In this document: positions 37,382 through 51,860 of the stretch, piece after piece
Position numbering within the stretch: position 1 is the stretch's first letter
How the letters are laid out: each line of letters starts with the position of its first letter
Assembly (NCBI GenBank): GCA_951406725.2
Contig: OX597842.1
Coordinates: forward strand, 4,402,001-4,466,000
Direction: 5' to 3'
DNA length: 64,000 bases
Source: Octopus vulgaris
Lineage: Eukaryota
Notes under the pieces: model-generated
Database searches by the model: none
The model's input: the letters and a program-made list of their open reading frames with translations, nothing else
Told to the model about the DNA's origin: nothing
Translations under genes and position numbers: made by a program

Positions 37382-38087
37382 AAAGATGATTGAAGAGAGA
37401 GAAGGAAAAAGAGGAAGATTACGAGATAGAAGAAGAAGAAGAAGCCGAAGAAGAAGAAGAAGAAGAAAAAGAAGAAGACTAGAGAAGCACAGGAACAAGA
37501 TTGAATCGAGAGATATATAATTAGGATGATGATAATAATAATAATAATAATAATAATAATCTTTTTGTTTTATTGCCACGAGCGAAAACGGATGAGAGTG
37601 GGGTATTAAGTGACACAGGCTTACAAAAGGTAAGGGGTGGGATCACTAGACAGAAATCGGGTACATGTTAAAATAAGAAAAGAAGACACAAAAAAAAAGG
37701 AAAAGGAAAAAGGAAACGACGGCCGCTGTACACATTGTATACGTAGGTATGATTGAGTCCTCGGAGAGAGAGAGCGCCACCTAGGATAATAATTCATTCG
37801 ATTCTTGTGGTTAAATGTTAAGATTAGTAATGAAACGACGGAGGCTCTGACGAGACACAGAGAGAGAGAGGGAGGGGGAGGAGGAGAAGGTGGAGAGAAG
37901 AAGGCGGGGATCAGGCAGACAGACAGACAGACAGGCGTGTTATCTTTGATCTTTTCGCGATTACCATCATGTTACACAATGTGTGTGTGTGTGTGTGTGT
38001 GATAAATAGTTTTGTATATATAAGTATATGTGTGTGTGTGTGTGTCTGTATATACATACATACCTGAAGAAACATGTATGTGTGTGT

Positions 38088-38119
<32 letters not shown>

Positions 38120-38130
38120 TTGAGTCTGTG

Positions 38131-38167
<37 letters not shown>

Positions 38168-38255
38168 TTATGTATAGTTATGTATATATATATTATGTAT
38201 GTCTGTCTATATATGTATATCTTTATATGTCTATATAGCTCTTTCTCTCTCTCTC

Positions 38256-38286
<31 letters not shown>

Positions 38287-38854
38287 CACACATATATATA
38301 TACATATATACATATACATATATATATATATATATATACATATATATATACATATATATACATATATATATATATATATACATATATACATACATACACA
38401 CACACACACAAACGCACTAATCTATTTTGGCGACTGTTACCGAACACCGACGATTGTTGCGGATCTCTTTGCCGGAATCGCTTTTTCTTCAGATTCTAGG
38501 CCGCCATTGTGTAAGGCAATTTGCTGAGTCGTGGTTGTACGTGTAAGCGCCAGCGCGCGCATTTGTCTGTGCGAACAGACTCTGTACCAAAAGCAATGCA
38601 AAGATCGGAATGACTTTTGTATGAATTGACCTATGTGGTTGAAGGTGACAGATTGATTCTTCTTTGATAGAAAGGTAGGGCATCACAAGCGATACTTTCG
38701 TGTGTCATTCAACCGAACTTTCGAATCCCCTTTGAAAACCTTCTGCTGGTTTTCGAGTGAGAAGCTTCCTTTCCCATTATGTGCAACTTTAAGGATCTGT
38801 CTCAGTTAATGAAGTTCTGTCGTGTGTGCGTATATTCATCTGTTTACTTATTCT

Positions 38855-39175
38855 TTGTAAGCCTGGTACTTATTCTGTCGCTCTTGTTTGCCGGGCCGCT
38901 AGGTTACGAGGACTAAACACACCAACACATCGGTTGTCAAGCGATGGGGGGAGGGGGAACACAGACACAAATATATACATAAACATATATACGACAGGCT
39001 CCTTTCAGTTTCACAAGGCTTTGGTCGACCCGAACCTTTAGTAGAAGACACTTGCCCAAGGTGTCACGCAGTGGTACTAAACTCGGAACAATGTGGTTGG
39101 GAAGCAAGCTACTCACCACACAGCCACACCTACGACATAGTATATATAGGCGGTATTTTTACCCTTCTTTTCTTC

Positions 39176-39213
<38 letters not shown>

Positions 39214-39445
39214 TTTTATTCTTTTACTTGTTTCAGTCATTTGACTGCGGCCATGCTGGAGCACCGCTTTTAGTCGAGCAAATCGACCCCAGGACTTATT
39301 TTTTCTAAGCCTAGTACTTATTCTATCGGTCTCTTTTCCCGAACAGCTATGTTACGGGGACATAAACACACCAGCATCGGTTGTCAAGCGATGTTGGGGG
39401 GACAAACACAGAGAAACATATACACATACATACATACACACACAC

Positions 39446-39525
<80 letters not shown>

Positions 39526-39945
39526 GAGGGGTTTCTTTTAGTTTCTGTCTACCAAATCCACTCGCAAGGCTTTGTCAGCCCGAGGCTATTGTAGAAGACA
39601 CTTGCCCAAGGTGCCACTCAATGGGACCGAACTCGGAACCATGAGACTGGTAGAGTGCGTCCATGCTGGAGCACCGCCTAAAGGAATTTTTAGTGGAATG
39701 TATTGATCCCAGTACTTAAATTCTTTTTTAAAGCCTGGTACTTATTTTATCGTCTCCTTTGCAAAACCGCCAAGTTACGGGGAGATAAACACACCAGCAC
39801 CGGTTGACAAGCGGCGGCGAAGGACAAACACAGACACACACACATACGAAGGGCTATAGAACGCACTTGCCCAAAGTGCCACTCATTGGGATTGAACCCG
39901 GCACAATGTGGTTGAGAAACAAGATTCTTACCATACAGCTACGCC

Positions 39946-39950
<5 letters not shown>
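38855..39950 (-). mobile_element. Cluster of three head-to-tail SINE family A copies
   Basis: aagcct.gtacttatt..atcg...acaccagcatcggttgtcaagcg...cacttgcccaaggtg recurs near 38860, 39305 and 39730. Confidence 0.85.
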
Positions 39951-39977
<27 letters not shown>

Positions 39978-41570
39978 AAGAGGGAGAGAGTGGGATATTG
40001 CTGTTTAAGAGGGCAATAGAACTGGAAGAGAGTGAAACACTGGAATGACATGGTGTCGAGAGAATTGAAGAGATAGGTTAGGGCGGTGGGGGAGAGAGAG
40101 AAGAGGGTGAGTCGGTAAGTCACATGTGAAACTAGAAAGTTATCTTAATACAGGGACAGATGCAGAGTAGAACCATCAAAGTTTAGCATTGTCTAAGGGG
40201 CTGACAAGTTCTCAAAGAATGGAAAGGAGTGCAAGCGAAGGTTGTAGAGGGAGTCGTAAATTTTGAAACAGTTTGAAATCAGAGGTTGCTTAATGTGTTT
40301 ACCAAATTGAGGTGTGGGGATAATATTTGGGTGGGGGTGGGGTATGGAATATATTTAAGGTTTCGGGATATTTTGAGGGAATCGAAAGAAGAGTGTGTGA
40401 AGCGTCGGTGTTTTAGTCAAATAAGAAAGTTCAGTCCCACTGCGACGCACCTTGAGCAAGTGTCTTCTACTATATAGCCCCGGGCCGACCAGAGGCTGGA
40501 TTTGGTAGGCGGAAACTGAAGGAAGCCAGTCGTATACAAGTATATATTTATGTGTGTGTATTTGTGTCTGTTTGTTGCACACACACACACAGACACACAG
40601 ACACACACTCACACACACACACACTCACACACACACACTCACTCACACGCACACACTGACACACAGACACACACTCACTCACACGCACACTCACACACTC
40701 ACTCACACACACACTCACTCACACACACACTCACACACACTCACACACACACTCACACACACACTCACTCACACGCACACACACACTCACACACACACAC
40801 ACACACTCACACGCACCACCACCGCTTGGCAATCTTGAGTCTTGGAAAGATCATTACGCTAATGTGTGTATATGTGGGTCTATATGTGTGTGTGTATATA
40901 AACGTGTGTGTACGCATGTCTTTCACTCCAGATGTATATGAATATACGTTTGTATGTGGATTATGCAGATATATATGTGAATATATGTATGGCCATGTGT
41001 GTGTGTGTGTATGTGTATGTGTGCACTTACGTATGCACATGAGTGTGTAGGGTGCGCGCGCGCCTGTAAACCGGGGAACATCTTTACTCTACCATGGTGA
41101 AAAACTAACTCTCCCATGACCAGAACTCCTGGAAATTCTCACAGTACAACGAGCACAGACACCACTGGAGTACCAACAGACATGAGGGATTGGCGATGGC
41201 AGGTGTGGGGGTAGGGATGCTGCTGCTACTGCTGGCGGTTGTGGCAATGGTGGTGGTGGTGGTGGTGGTGGTGGTTGCGAAGATGTAGGTTGGTGGGGTG
41301 GTTGTAGGGGTATAGTGGTTGTGGTGATGATAGTTTGCAACAGTGGTGGAGGTGGTGTTGGTTGTAGTTGCATGATGTGGAGATGGTGGGTGTGGTGGGT
41401 GTGTACATGTGTAAAGGTAGTGGTGGTGTGTGTAATGGTGGTGGTGGTGTGTAGTGACAGTGATGTGCTTAATGTATATTATACATGTAGCATATTTCTT
41501 GAGTTATACGTTCTTGTCCATGTTGTATTTTTCTACATACCTTAATATATATATATATATATATATATAT

Positions 41571-41965
41571 ACGCAGTCGTGGTTGTGTGGTAAAAAGCTT
41601 GCTTCCCAACCACATGGTCCTGGGTTCAGTCCCACTGCGTGGCACCTTGAGCAAGTGTCTTCTATTATAGCCTCGGATCGACCAAAGCCTTGTCAGTAGA
41701 TTTGGTAGACGGAAACTGAAAGAAGCCTGTCGTATATATGTATATATATATGTGTGTGTGTGTTTGACCCCCCCCCCCCAACATCGCTTGACAACCAATG
41801 CTGGTGTGTTTATGTCCCCGTAACTTAGCGGTTCGGCAAAAGAGAACGATAAAATAAGTACTAGGCTTACAAAGAATAAGTCCTGGGATCGATTTCCACG
41901 ACTAAAGGCGGTGCTCCAGCATGGCCGCAGTCAAATGACTGAAACAAGTAAAAGTGTAAAAGAGT
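41571..41965 (+). mobile_element. SINE family A, full-length reference copy
   Basis: Head, CORE-like gcaccttgagcaagtgtcttct, internal (TA/TG)n, tail ggcggtgctccagcatggccgcagtcaaatgactgaaacaagtaaaag. Confidence 0.9.
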
Positions 41966-41990
41966 ATATATACATACATACATAATATAC

Positions 41991-42026
<36 letters not shown>

Positions 42027-42529
42027 ATGTATCATCATTTACTCTGTGTGTGTATTCAACTGTCTTACTCCTACCCCGACTCCGTTTTCATTCTCTTCCA
42101 CCCATATTATCACCATCATCTTCTCCATCCTGTAGAATTCCTCTAACCCTACAACCATCCCTCTTCGGTTCTCAAGTTCCTATATTCTCAACGACTCCCC
42201 CACCCCAACCTGTCTCTTGACTCTGTCGGAATACATCAAAGGGTTCAAATTTTTGTTCTTTTGTCGTTATATATACCCCTTCCGTGCAGTCACTCTCGCA
42301 CACCCTATTCTTGTCTTATGTAAGCCACTAATAGTTCCCACCCTGTTTCTCCTTTATCCCAAATATACTTTATTCTACTGCGGCGGATTTCTGAAATGCA
42401 TGTATTGGTGTGTGTATGTGTGTGTGCATGCGTGCGTGCGTGCATATATATATATATATCAAAAGTTAAAGGAAAATTTGACGAAAACTAGGCGAAAACA
42501 TAGCAGACACATGTACACGTATGTATATA

Positions 42530-42585
<56 letters not shown>

Positions 42586-42596
42586 TACACATATAC

Positions 42597-42706
<110 letters not shown>

Positions 42707-42729
42707 GTATGTGTGTGTGTATATATAGT

Positions 42730-43818
42730 TAATAAAAAACATTTTTCAGAAAGAATAGAGCAGTAATTATTACAGCAAAAATGTTATATCTTGGACATAG
42801 AGTTAGCGAAGGTTTCGCATCCACAAAGCAAAGCTTTGTGTACAAGCTCGTCAGACTCTATATAAATACAAAAGTTAAAATATCTGCGTCGCAAACGTGA
42901 GGAAACGCTAGAACTCGAGGAATACGTCTTAACAAATAAGCGTTATATTTCTTATCTGATTTTAATGAAATTTGAAATGTAGGTAAATTTTGTGCTGGGG
43001 GATACGGTAAAGGTGTTTATTTAATTCAATAAGGATTGAAAAGGGCACAAATGCATTTCCTTAGATCGATTTTGTAGAAATTTTACACGTGATTATTGTT
43101 CTTATCCAGCATGAACAGTTGACAAAAAATCGATAATTTCGCGTGAGCGGAGGATTTTAAGAAATCAATAGGCTTTTTGTATACAATTACCCATAGGATT
43201 AATATTTTATGCTGTAACTTTTACAGAATTCATACGATTTTGATGAAATTTGACATTTAAGTAAAGTTTATGGCCGAAGTCATGTAGTAGAGTTAGAATT
43301 AAACTGATGAAAGGCAGAAATCGTCAAAATTCACTCACAATAAAATAATGAACTGATTTTGAAGAAAATTGACCCATGAGTAAAATTAAGCACTTCGACA
43401 TCGATTTCGACATCGATTATTCATATAATGTATTGGGATTTAAAAGTCAATGGGATATTTTCATGTAAATGGTCACATGGATTTTATTTTATGACATGAC
43501 CTTAACACTTTTCTTCGGATTTTGCTGACATTGGACATGCTGATCAATATTGTACAGAGGATGGTATTAAGGGGAGAGAAATAAACAAACATCATTCTCA
43601 ACGGTCGAGCTACACCCAAAAGTTTGACTGCTATTTCAGATAGTCCAGTATGTACGAGTATGTCGAAAGCGTTAACCGGATAAAATCCCTGCCAAACCAG
43701 ATATGACATCTTAATGGTTACTACTTGGCACGGGGAACGTAGAGGATTTCAGCACAAGGTCAGAGGTTGGTTTACACTCAACACTGAAAACACAAGCAAC
43801 GCCGGGTCCAACAGCTAG
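42730..43818 (+). mobile_element. Helitron-like non-autonomous element (5' boundary uncertain)
   Basis: 3' end gcaacgccgggtccaacagCTAG|T; internal repeated gatttt.atgaaatttg motif at ~42958, ~43237 and ~43355. Confidence 0.55.
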
Positions 43819-43832
43819 TGTGTATATATGTA

Positions 43833-43876
<44 letters not shown>

Positions 43877-44184
43877 AGTGCATGTGAGTATACATAAGCA
43901 CAGTAACCTTTAGAGATATACCTTTAGAGATATGTGTGTGTGTATATATATATGTATGTATGTATGTATATATATATATGTGTATATATATATGTATATA
44001 TATATATGTGTATATATATATGTATATGTATGTATGTATGTATATATATATATGTGTATATATATATGTATATGTATGTATGTATGTATATATATATATA
44101 TGTGTATATATATATGTATATGTATGTATGTATGTATATATATATATGTGTATATATATATGTATATATATGTATGTATATGTG

Positions 44185-44233
<49 letters not shown>

Positions 44234-44514
44234 ATGTATGTATATGTGTATATATATATATATATATGTGTATGTATGTATATATATATACATATATGTA
44301 TGTGTATGTATATGTATATATATACATGTATGTGTGTATATATGTATGTGTATGTATATGTATGCGTGTATATATGTATGTATATATATATGTATATGTA
44401 TGTATATGTATGTACATATATTTATGTATGTATATATACATATGTATCTATATATATATTGACAGTGTGTGTGTATATGTATCTATATATATATTGACAG
44501 TGTGTGTGTGCATG

Positions 44515-44547
<33 letters not shown>

Positions 44548-44561
44548 ATGTATGTATACAA

Positions 44562-44800
44562 GTCTTTAATATCCTTCCAAAATGCCTGAGAGACCTGCAT
44601 GGTGTAAGTGTCTTCAAAACAAAACTGGATCCCTTCCTGTCAAGGGTTCCTCACGGCAGGAAACACAGATAAGGGCAGCGGCATCAACCTCCCTCATTGA
44701 CCGAATGCCACATATCAGAGGGGATTTCAAATAATGGTGTTGCACAGACATTGGTAGTGCCCCAGCATGACCGCAGCTTTGAAGCTGAAACATTTTAAAG
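44562..44800 (+). mobile_element. CR1-group LINE 3' end (ORF2 C-terminus and tail)
   Basis: FNILPKCLRDLHGVSVFKTKLDPFLSRVP...RAAASTSLID; followed by ggtagtgccccagcatgaccgcagc....gctgaaac. Confidence 0.7.
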
Positions 44801-44859
44801 AAATTGAAGTATATATATGAATACACATATCTACCTTTATATATATTTATATATGCATA

Positions 44860-44924
<65 letters not shown>

Positions 44925-45182
44925 CACATCTGTGATCTCTTCAGCGACACTTTCCATCACTTACTTTATGCTCTAAATCTGCTTATTTCATTCTGAAAGA
45001 CGAAAGATATCCGTGAACATGAGTTAGAATAAGAAAAGTAATAAACTATTGAAGAAAGAATATATAGTGCGTGTGTTTATTTGGGAAAAGAAATGACCGT
45101 CCCGAAATACAACAATATCTCTTTGAGCACACGACTGCACATAGGAATTTTGCAACACAAATTCATAAAACGTGTGTGTGAC

Positions 45183-45224
<42 letters not shown>

Positions 45225-45390
45225 TATATATGTGTTTGTGTGTATGCATATGTGAGTGTGTGTGTATGCATATGTATATATATATATATGCGTATATATG
45301 TGTGTGTGTGTGTATATATATATGTATATGTATATATGTGTATATATATATATATGTGCATATATGTGTGTGTGAGTATATATATATATG

Positions 45391-45780
<390 letters not shown>

Positions 45781-45784
<4 letters not shown>

Positions 45785-46048
45785 TTGAATACATCGATAT
45801 TGACGAAATATGTATATGCGCATTTGTTTTAAGGAATGGGGGGGCATAAGAGGGTGTTGAACTTGTACCATTCACTGCTCTCTCTTTCCACACTCTCCCT
45901 CCCTTCCCCTCTCTCTCTTCCTCCTTCTCGCTCTCTCAATCTCTACGTTTTTCTGGATGCATGTACGTAAATGCATGCTTATATACACTGTATATATACG
46001 CGTATACGTGCATGTATGTATATGTATATATATATGTGTGTGTGTGTG

Positions 46049-46081
<33 letters not shown>

Positions 46082-46410
46082 GTGTATATATATGTGTGCA
46101 TATATATAGGTCTATGTACGTATATATATATATATATAAATTGTGTGTGTTTGAATACATCGATATTGACGAAATATGTCGGGTGCCGCATTCTGTTTTA
46201 AGGAATTTCGGGTTGCAGGGGGGGGGGGGCATAAGGAGGGTGTCTCCGAACTTGTACCATTCACTGCTCTCTCTTTCCACACTCTCCCTCCCTTCCCCTC
46301 TCTCTCTTCCTCCTTCTCGCTCTCTCAATCTCTACGTTTTTCTGGATGCATGTACGTAAATGCATGCTTATATACACTGTATATATACGCGTATACGTGC
46401 ATGTATGTAT
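45781..46410. repeat. Direct duplication of ~250 bp (45781-46020 and 46147-46410)
   Basis: gtgtttgaatacatcgatattgacgaaatatgt...gaacttgtaccattcactgctctctc...cgcgtatacgtgcatgtatgta occurs twice. Confidence 0.9.
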
Positions 46411-47598
46411 GTATGTGTATCTATACGTAATTATCTATACACACGTACGAATATCTGTATGACATTTATATATGCATATGTGTGTGTGCTTGTGTACATC
46501 TACATATATATATATATATATATGTACATAGGTATGTACATGTATATATATATATATGTGTGTGAGTGTGTGTGTGTGTGTGTATGTACATATGTATGTG
46601 TACATATATGTACATATGTATGTGTATATATGTACATATCTATGTGTGTGTATATATATATATGTACATATGTATATGTGTGTGTATATATATATGTACA
46701 TTTGTATGTATATATGAATGTACATTTGTATGTATATATATATACATTTGTATTTATGTATATACATGTACATTTGTATATATGTATATGTATGTACTTT
46801 TGTATATATTTATATATATATGTACATCTGTATGTATGGATGTATATATGTATATATATATATTTGTATGCGTCTATATATGTTTCTGTATATGCATATA
46901 CACGTAGATACGTACACACATACAAACATACTTACATGCAATCATGCATGTATGCATGTATGCATACATGCAATATATACGTACAAACATAGCTGTGTGT
47001 GTCTGAGACGTTGAGCTTCAAGCCGTTGGCGACTCCTCCCATAGAGATTCATTATCATATTACGTAATAAAACCGCCAGAGACGCACAGACAGGTTATTA
47101 GAGACAGGAGATATCTCTGATGTGTCTAGTGGCCGCTAGGTGGATGCAATTGTCTCTCGCCAGATGTCATTGTGAACTTTCCAACGGAGTTGATCAGTGC
47201 GTACGTGTATATCTCTAAAGGTTACTGTGCTTATGTATACTCACATGCACTCTTACATACATACCAAATATATAGCGTAGGCGTGGCTGTGTGTTAAGAG
47301 GTTTTGCTTCCTAATCACAACGGTACCGAGTTCAGTCTCACTGCGTAACAACTTGGATAATTATCTTCTACTACAATCCTGGTGTCGGCCAAAGCCTTGT
47401 AGCTAGATTTCGGAGAGAGAAACTGAAAAAGCACGTCGTGTATATATATATATGAAATTGCTAAGATGATCTGGTTCTTGACTGATGACTGAGGGCTTCG
47501 AATGTCCCGTCCAGTGGTTCTTGTGTCGTCTCTGTGGTGTTTCATGTTCTTGTCCATGTCTGTAATTATTTTTACTGTTTACCTATATATATATATAT

Positions 47599-47636
<38 letters not shown>

Positions 47637-47806
47637 CGCCATGATAGATCGTTAACCACTACACATTCTTTATTTTCTCTCCCTGTTTCTTTTAGTGTTC
47701 CTTTCTGTGGAAGAGCCTAGACTCGAAACGTTAAAGACTTTTTCACTTCCCGAGCGTTAAACTAATACATCTGTTTGTTGTCTACACCACCTGTCTTCGT
47801 CTTTTG

Positions 47807-47837
<31 letters not shown>

Positions 47838-47852
47838 TGTGAATTCTCCCTA

Positions 47853-47888
<36 letters not shown>

Positions 47889-49027
47889 TGTTTATCCGTA
47901 ATTTTATTGCTTTTACACCTGTTAATTAAATGTACCTGCCCATAAAACTTAAATTTACTCAGCAAGGTCAGCTAAAATTACGTAACTATAAACCAGTGGT
48001 ATATAAAGCACTCACTGACAAAATTTCAAATCTGTATGCAAAAAGTTTACAAAGTTACAAGCAAATATTGTGGACACCCGTCTTGAACCTGAATAATTAA
48101 AAATAATGTGAACCAATAAGCATTACATTTGACAGATTAATATGAACACTAAAGGTGTTTTAGGTGTGTTTTTTTTCTTTCTGACACACAAATAACACGG
48201 CCTCGCTCGGTTGGGACTTTACGTGTTACTTTGACATCATCATTCCATAAAATTTGTTTGTGGACAGAAAAATATTGAAAAATATCAATAGATGTGTGAG
48301 TGAGAAGGAAACGAGGAGGGAGGTTTTGGGATATGCTAGAAACAACAGCCAGATTTCCCTTAGATCACACATTTTCCTGTGAAATTATTAACATGTTTTT
48401 TTAAACCGGAAATGTTTCTCTCACGGGAAAAAATGTAGTGAAAATAAAATGGCCAAAATCGTTTCGGACTGGGGTGGTGAGGGGGTGGCGGGAGTAAAAA
48501 AAAATTCAATATTTTTTTTTTTTTTCTTTCGTGAAAAGATACCACCCATTATTCTTAATGCTTTGATGGAAAACATTGGGGAAAAATCCCCGTCAAAACG
48601 GAGAAATTCCAATTTATGTGGGCCGCCTGAACAGAAACTCCTCCTCCCACCCCACCCACTTCCAAAAATTTTGCCGGCAAATTTCTTTGTAATCGTAATC
48701 TACATGGTTTGAAATGTATTTGTTTAAAATTTCATTAAAAAATACCTATTTTCCAGAAAGTTATGAGGGGCGGGGGATGTCGGGTTCTGTGAATTTGCCG
48801 AAACTCCTCTCCCCAACTCCTCGGAAAATGTTTTTCCAACAAATCTTTTCATACACTCAATGTACAGGATACAAGCGATTATTTGGTGAAAGCTTCGTAA
48901 AAACGTATCCATTGTTCTGGAAGTTATGAGGCAACAAAGTCATGGAGTATTAAACTGTAGTTATGCCTTTTTCAATAAAAGTTAATGATAACGAATTAAC
49001 GTTAACTTCCATTACATTCTCAAAGAA

Positions 49028-49368
49028 TTAACGGCTTAACGATTAACCAAGTTAACATTTCGGTTAACGGATTAACGATTAACGAAGTTAACTTTTTGGT
49101 TAACGGATTAACGATTCACGAAGTTAACTTTTTGGTTAACGGATTAACGATTCACGAAGTTAACTTTTTGGTTAATGGATTAACGATTCACGAAGTTAAC
49201 TTTTTGGTTAACGGATTAACGATTCACGAAGTTAACTTTTTGGTAACGGATTAACGATTCACGAAGTTAACTTTTTGGTTAACGGATTAACGATTCACGA
49301 AGTTAACTTTTTGGTAACGGATTAACGATTCACGAAGTTAACTTTTCGATTAACGGTGCCCACCTTTG
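49028..49368. repeat. 36-bp minisatellite (9 units) ending in a DNA-transposon-like terminus
   Basis: Unit ttaacggattaacgattcacgaagttaactttttgg at 49028, 49064, 49100, 49136, 49172, 49208, 49244, 49279 and 49315; then ttaacggtgcccacctttg. Confidence 0.9.
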
Positions 49369-49717
49369 TATAAATGTTTAGGAGTGTATGTATATATATA
49401 TTTTGCACACAATTGTGTGAATGTATAACTATCTATATATGAATATACATGTAACCCTACATGTGTATGTATATATACTTATACGTGCATTTATGTATGC
49501 ATCTGTGTATGTGTATATAATGTGCTGTTCGTCTACGAGCCTTCCCCTACAAGCCATTTTTCTTCGCTCCCACCTCAACCATGACACGTATATTAATTAC
49601 ACTTAATGCAGAACAGACTCACTTCGTAGGTAACTATTTACCACCCGGATATATACACTCACTCGCCACCAAACACCAAATACCCTCTACATACGTGCAC
49701 GAACAAGGACACACACG

Positions 49718-49758
<41 letters not shown>

Positions 49759-49883
49759 GCACGCACTTTAACTACGCCCGTTGTTACACATGTACTCGTA
49801 CGTACATGCACACGTACACACATATATATGTGTGTGTGTGTGTGTGCGTGCGTATGTGTATATATGTATTTATGTATTTACAA

Positions 49884-49918
<35 letters not shown>

Positions 49919-50141
49919 ATACACGCACATGCACGTATACACGCTCTCGCGCGCTTCTCTTCACCTTGCCCGTCTCCCACCCTTCGCCACTGACACACCC
50001 GTTTCCTCTGAACAGTTTAACATACAAATCAGGCGGCGTGAAATTAACGCTTTAACAACAACAACAACAACAAAACTCCACAACAACAACCACGGCAGCA
50101 GCAAAAATGTGATAATTGTTAGCACAACATCGTTACCATCG

Positions 50142-50179
<38 letters not shown>

Positions 50180-50446
50180 GTCATTATCGATCTCTGACAT
50201 CAACCATTCTAACCATCAATCTTCACCATCAGTATCATTATCACACGCACTTCCACCTTCTCAGCTATCCTCCTCCTTCTCCCATTCCTTTTCCTCCTCC
50301 TTCTTCTCCCATTCCGCCTCCTCCTCCTACTCCTCCTCCTTCTCCTCCTCCTCCTCATCATCATCATTCATAGAATTTTCCCCGTTGATCACTGCGTGTC
50401 TGTGTATGCATATGATGCATACATGTATGCACATACATGTAATGTA

Positions 50447-51011
50447 TTGGGTTGTCCAGAAAGTTCTTGCCGATTTTCAAAGGAAAGAAAAATGTCAATA
50501 AATACTTGCCATTACATTTTTAATCATCCAAATATGAACCATTTTGTTGCACAATGCGTCTCCATCTTTCCTTTAACTTAAAAATACCCTCTTCTCAGAA
50601 TTGAGGTGGTTTCATGGCAAAGAATTCATCAAGGTATCATTTTACGTCATCCAAGGAATTGAAATGTTTACCATTAAGACTTATTCTGCAGAGACCTGAA
50701 TAAGTGGAAATCCGAAGGAACAATATCTGGTGAATATGGAGGGTGGGGTAACACATCCCAGCCGAGCTGCAGCAATTTTTGTCTGGTTCCCTAAGCATCA
50801 AGTGTCGAAAATGAACTTTCTTATCTTGAATTTTAAAGGGTTACAAAATTAACAGGTTATAGGAACATAAACCTTCTTCCTTGAAAAGATAGCTTAAACT
50901 GTGCTCTAAATGGAGGTGTAGTCAAATCCTATTTTATGGATTCAACCATGTTCTAAAATAAGTCGAAAGGTAAGCTACTATAAATCGGCACGAACTTTCC
51001 GGACAACCCAA
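50447..51011 (-). mobile_element. Mariner DNA transposon, internally deleted, with TIRs and TA TSD
   Basis: TA|ttgggttgtccagaaagttcttgccgattt ... aaatcggcacgaactttccggacaacccaa|TA; minus strand KKVHFRHLM joined to [33 protein letters not shown]...ERWRRIVQQNGSYLDD*. Confidence 0.93.
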
Positions 51012-51108
51012 TACATATGGGATATGTGCCTACATATATCTATATAAGTGCATATATGCATATGTGTGTGTGTGTGTGTGTGTGTTGAAATAAATACATA
51101 CACACATG

Positions 51109-51860
51109 TAGGCGCAGGCGTGGCTGTGTGGTAAGATGCTTGCTTCCCTACCACATGGTTCCGGGTTCAGTCCCACTGCGTGGCACTTGGGGCAAGTGTC
51201 TTCTCCTTATAGCCTTGGGCCGACCGAAGTCTTGTGAGTGAATTTGGCAGATGGAAAGGAAAGAGGCCCCCCGTTGTGTGTGTGTGTGTGTGTGTATGTG
51301 TGTGTGAGAGAGAGAAAAAAAGAAGAAAATGGAGAAATTGTCGTATAGACGTCAGTTTATTCAAATATATTCAAATCAATATAATATGAAATTCTTATAC
51401 CTACAGCCGTTTCCTCATCCAATTAGATATTTAATTTCTCCATTTTCATCTTTTTTTCTCATTCATAAATATTTAAATACTAATATAGACCAATGCAAAA
51501 CTAAAGCATTTAGTTTTCACTGAACACTGGTATAAATCGGAGAACTAAGATGCAAACATCCCTTAAAGGATTATGGGTCCTTGGCATGATTATATAAATA
51601 TATATAACTGTCTGCCTGGTAGTCCTTGTGTCTGTTTGTCGTTGTGTCAGTGTTTTTCTCTCCCACCGCTTGACACCGGGTGTTGGTGTGATTACGTCCC
51701 CATAACTTAGCGGTTTGGCGAAAGAGACCGATATAAGTACCAGGCTTGAAAAGAAGATAAGTAGTGGGGTTCGATTCATTCAACTCAAAATTATTCAAGG
51801 TGGTGCCCCAGCATGGCCGCAGTCAAATGACTGAAACAATTAAAAGATGAATGATAAAGA
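51109..51860 (+). mobile_element. SINE family A head (51109-51275) and tail (51650-51860) separated by ~370 bp
   Basis: ggcgcaggcgtggctgtgtggtaag... and ccaccgcttgacaccggg...gccccagcatggccgcagtcaaatgactgaaac. Confidence 0.8.

Noticed and set aside
40010-40270. Possible decayed LINE ORF2 fragment on the minus strand
   Set aside because: Only vague resemblance with many stops; cannot be supported without BLASTX
49028-49350. 36-bp palindromic repeat of CRISPR-like length
   Set aside because: Units are directly adjacent with no unique spacers, there are no cas genes, and the context is eukaryotic
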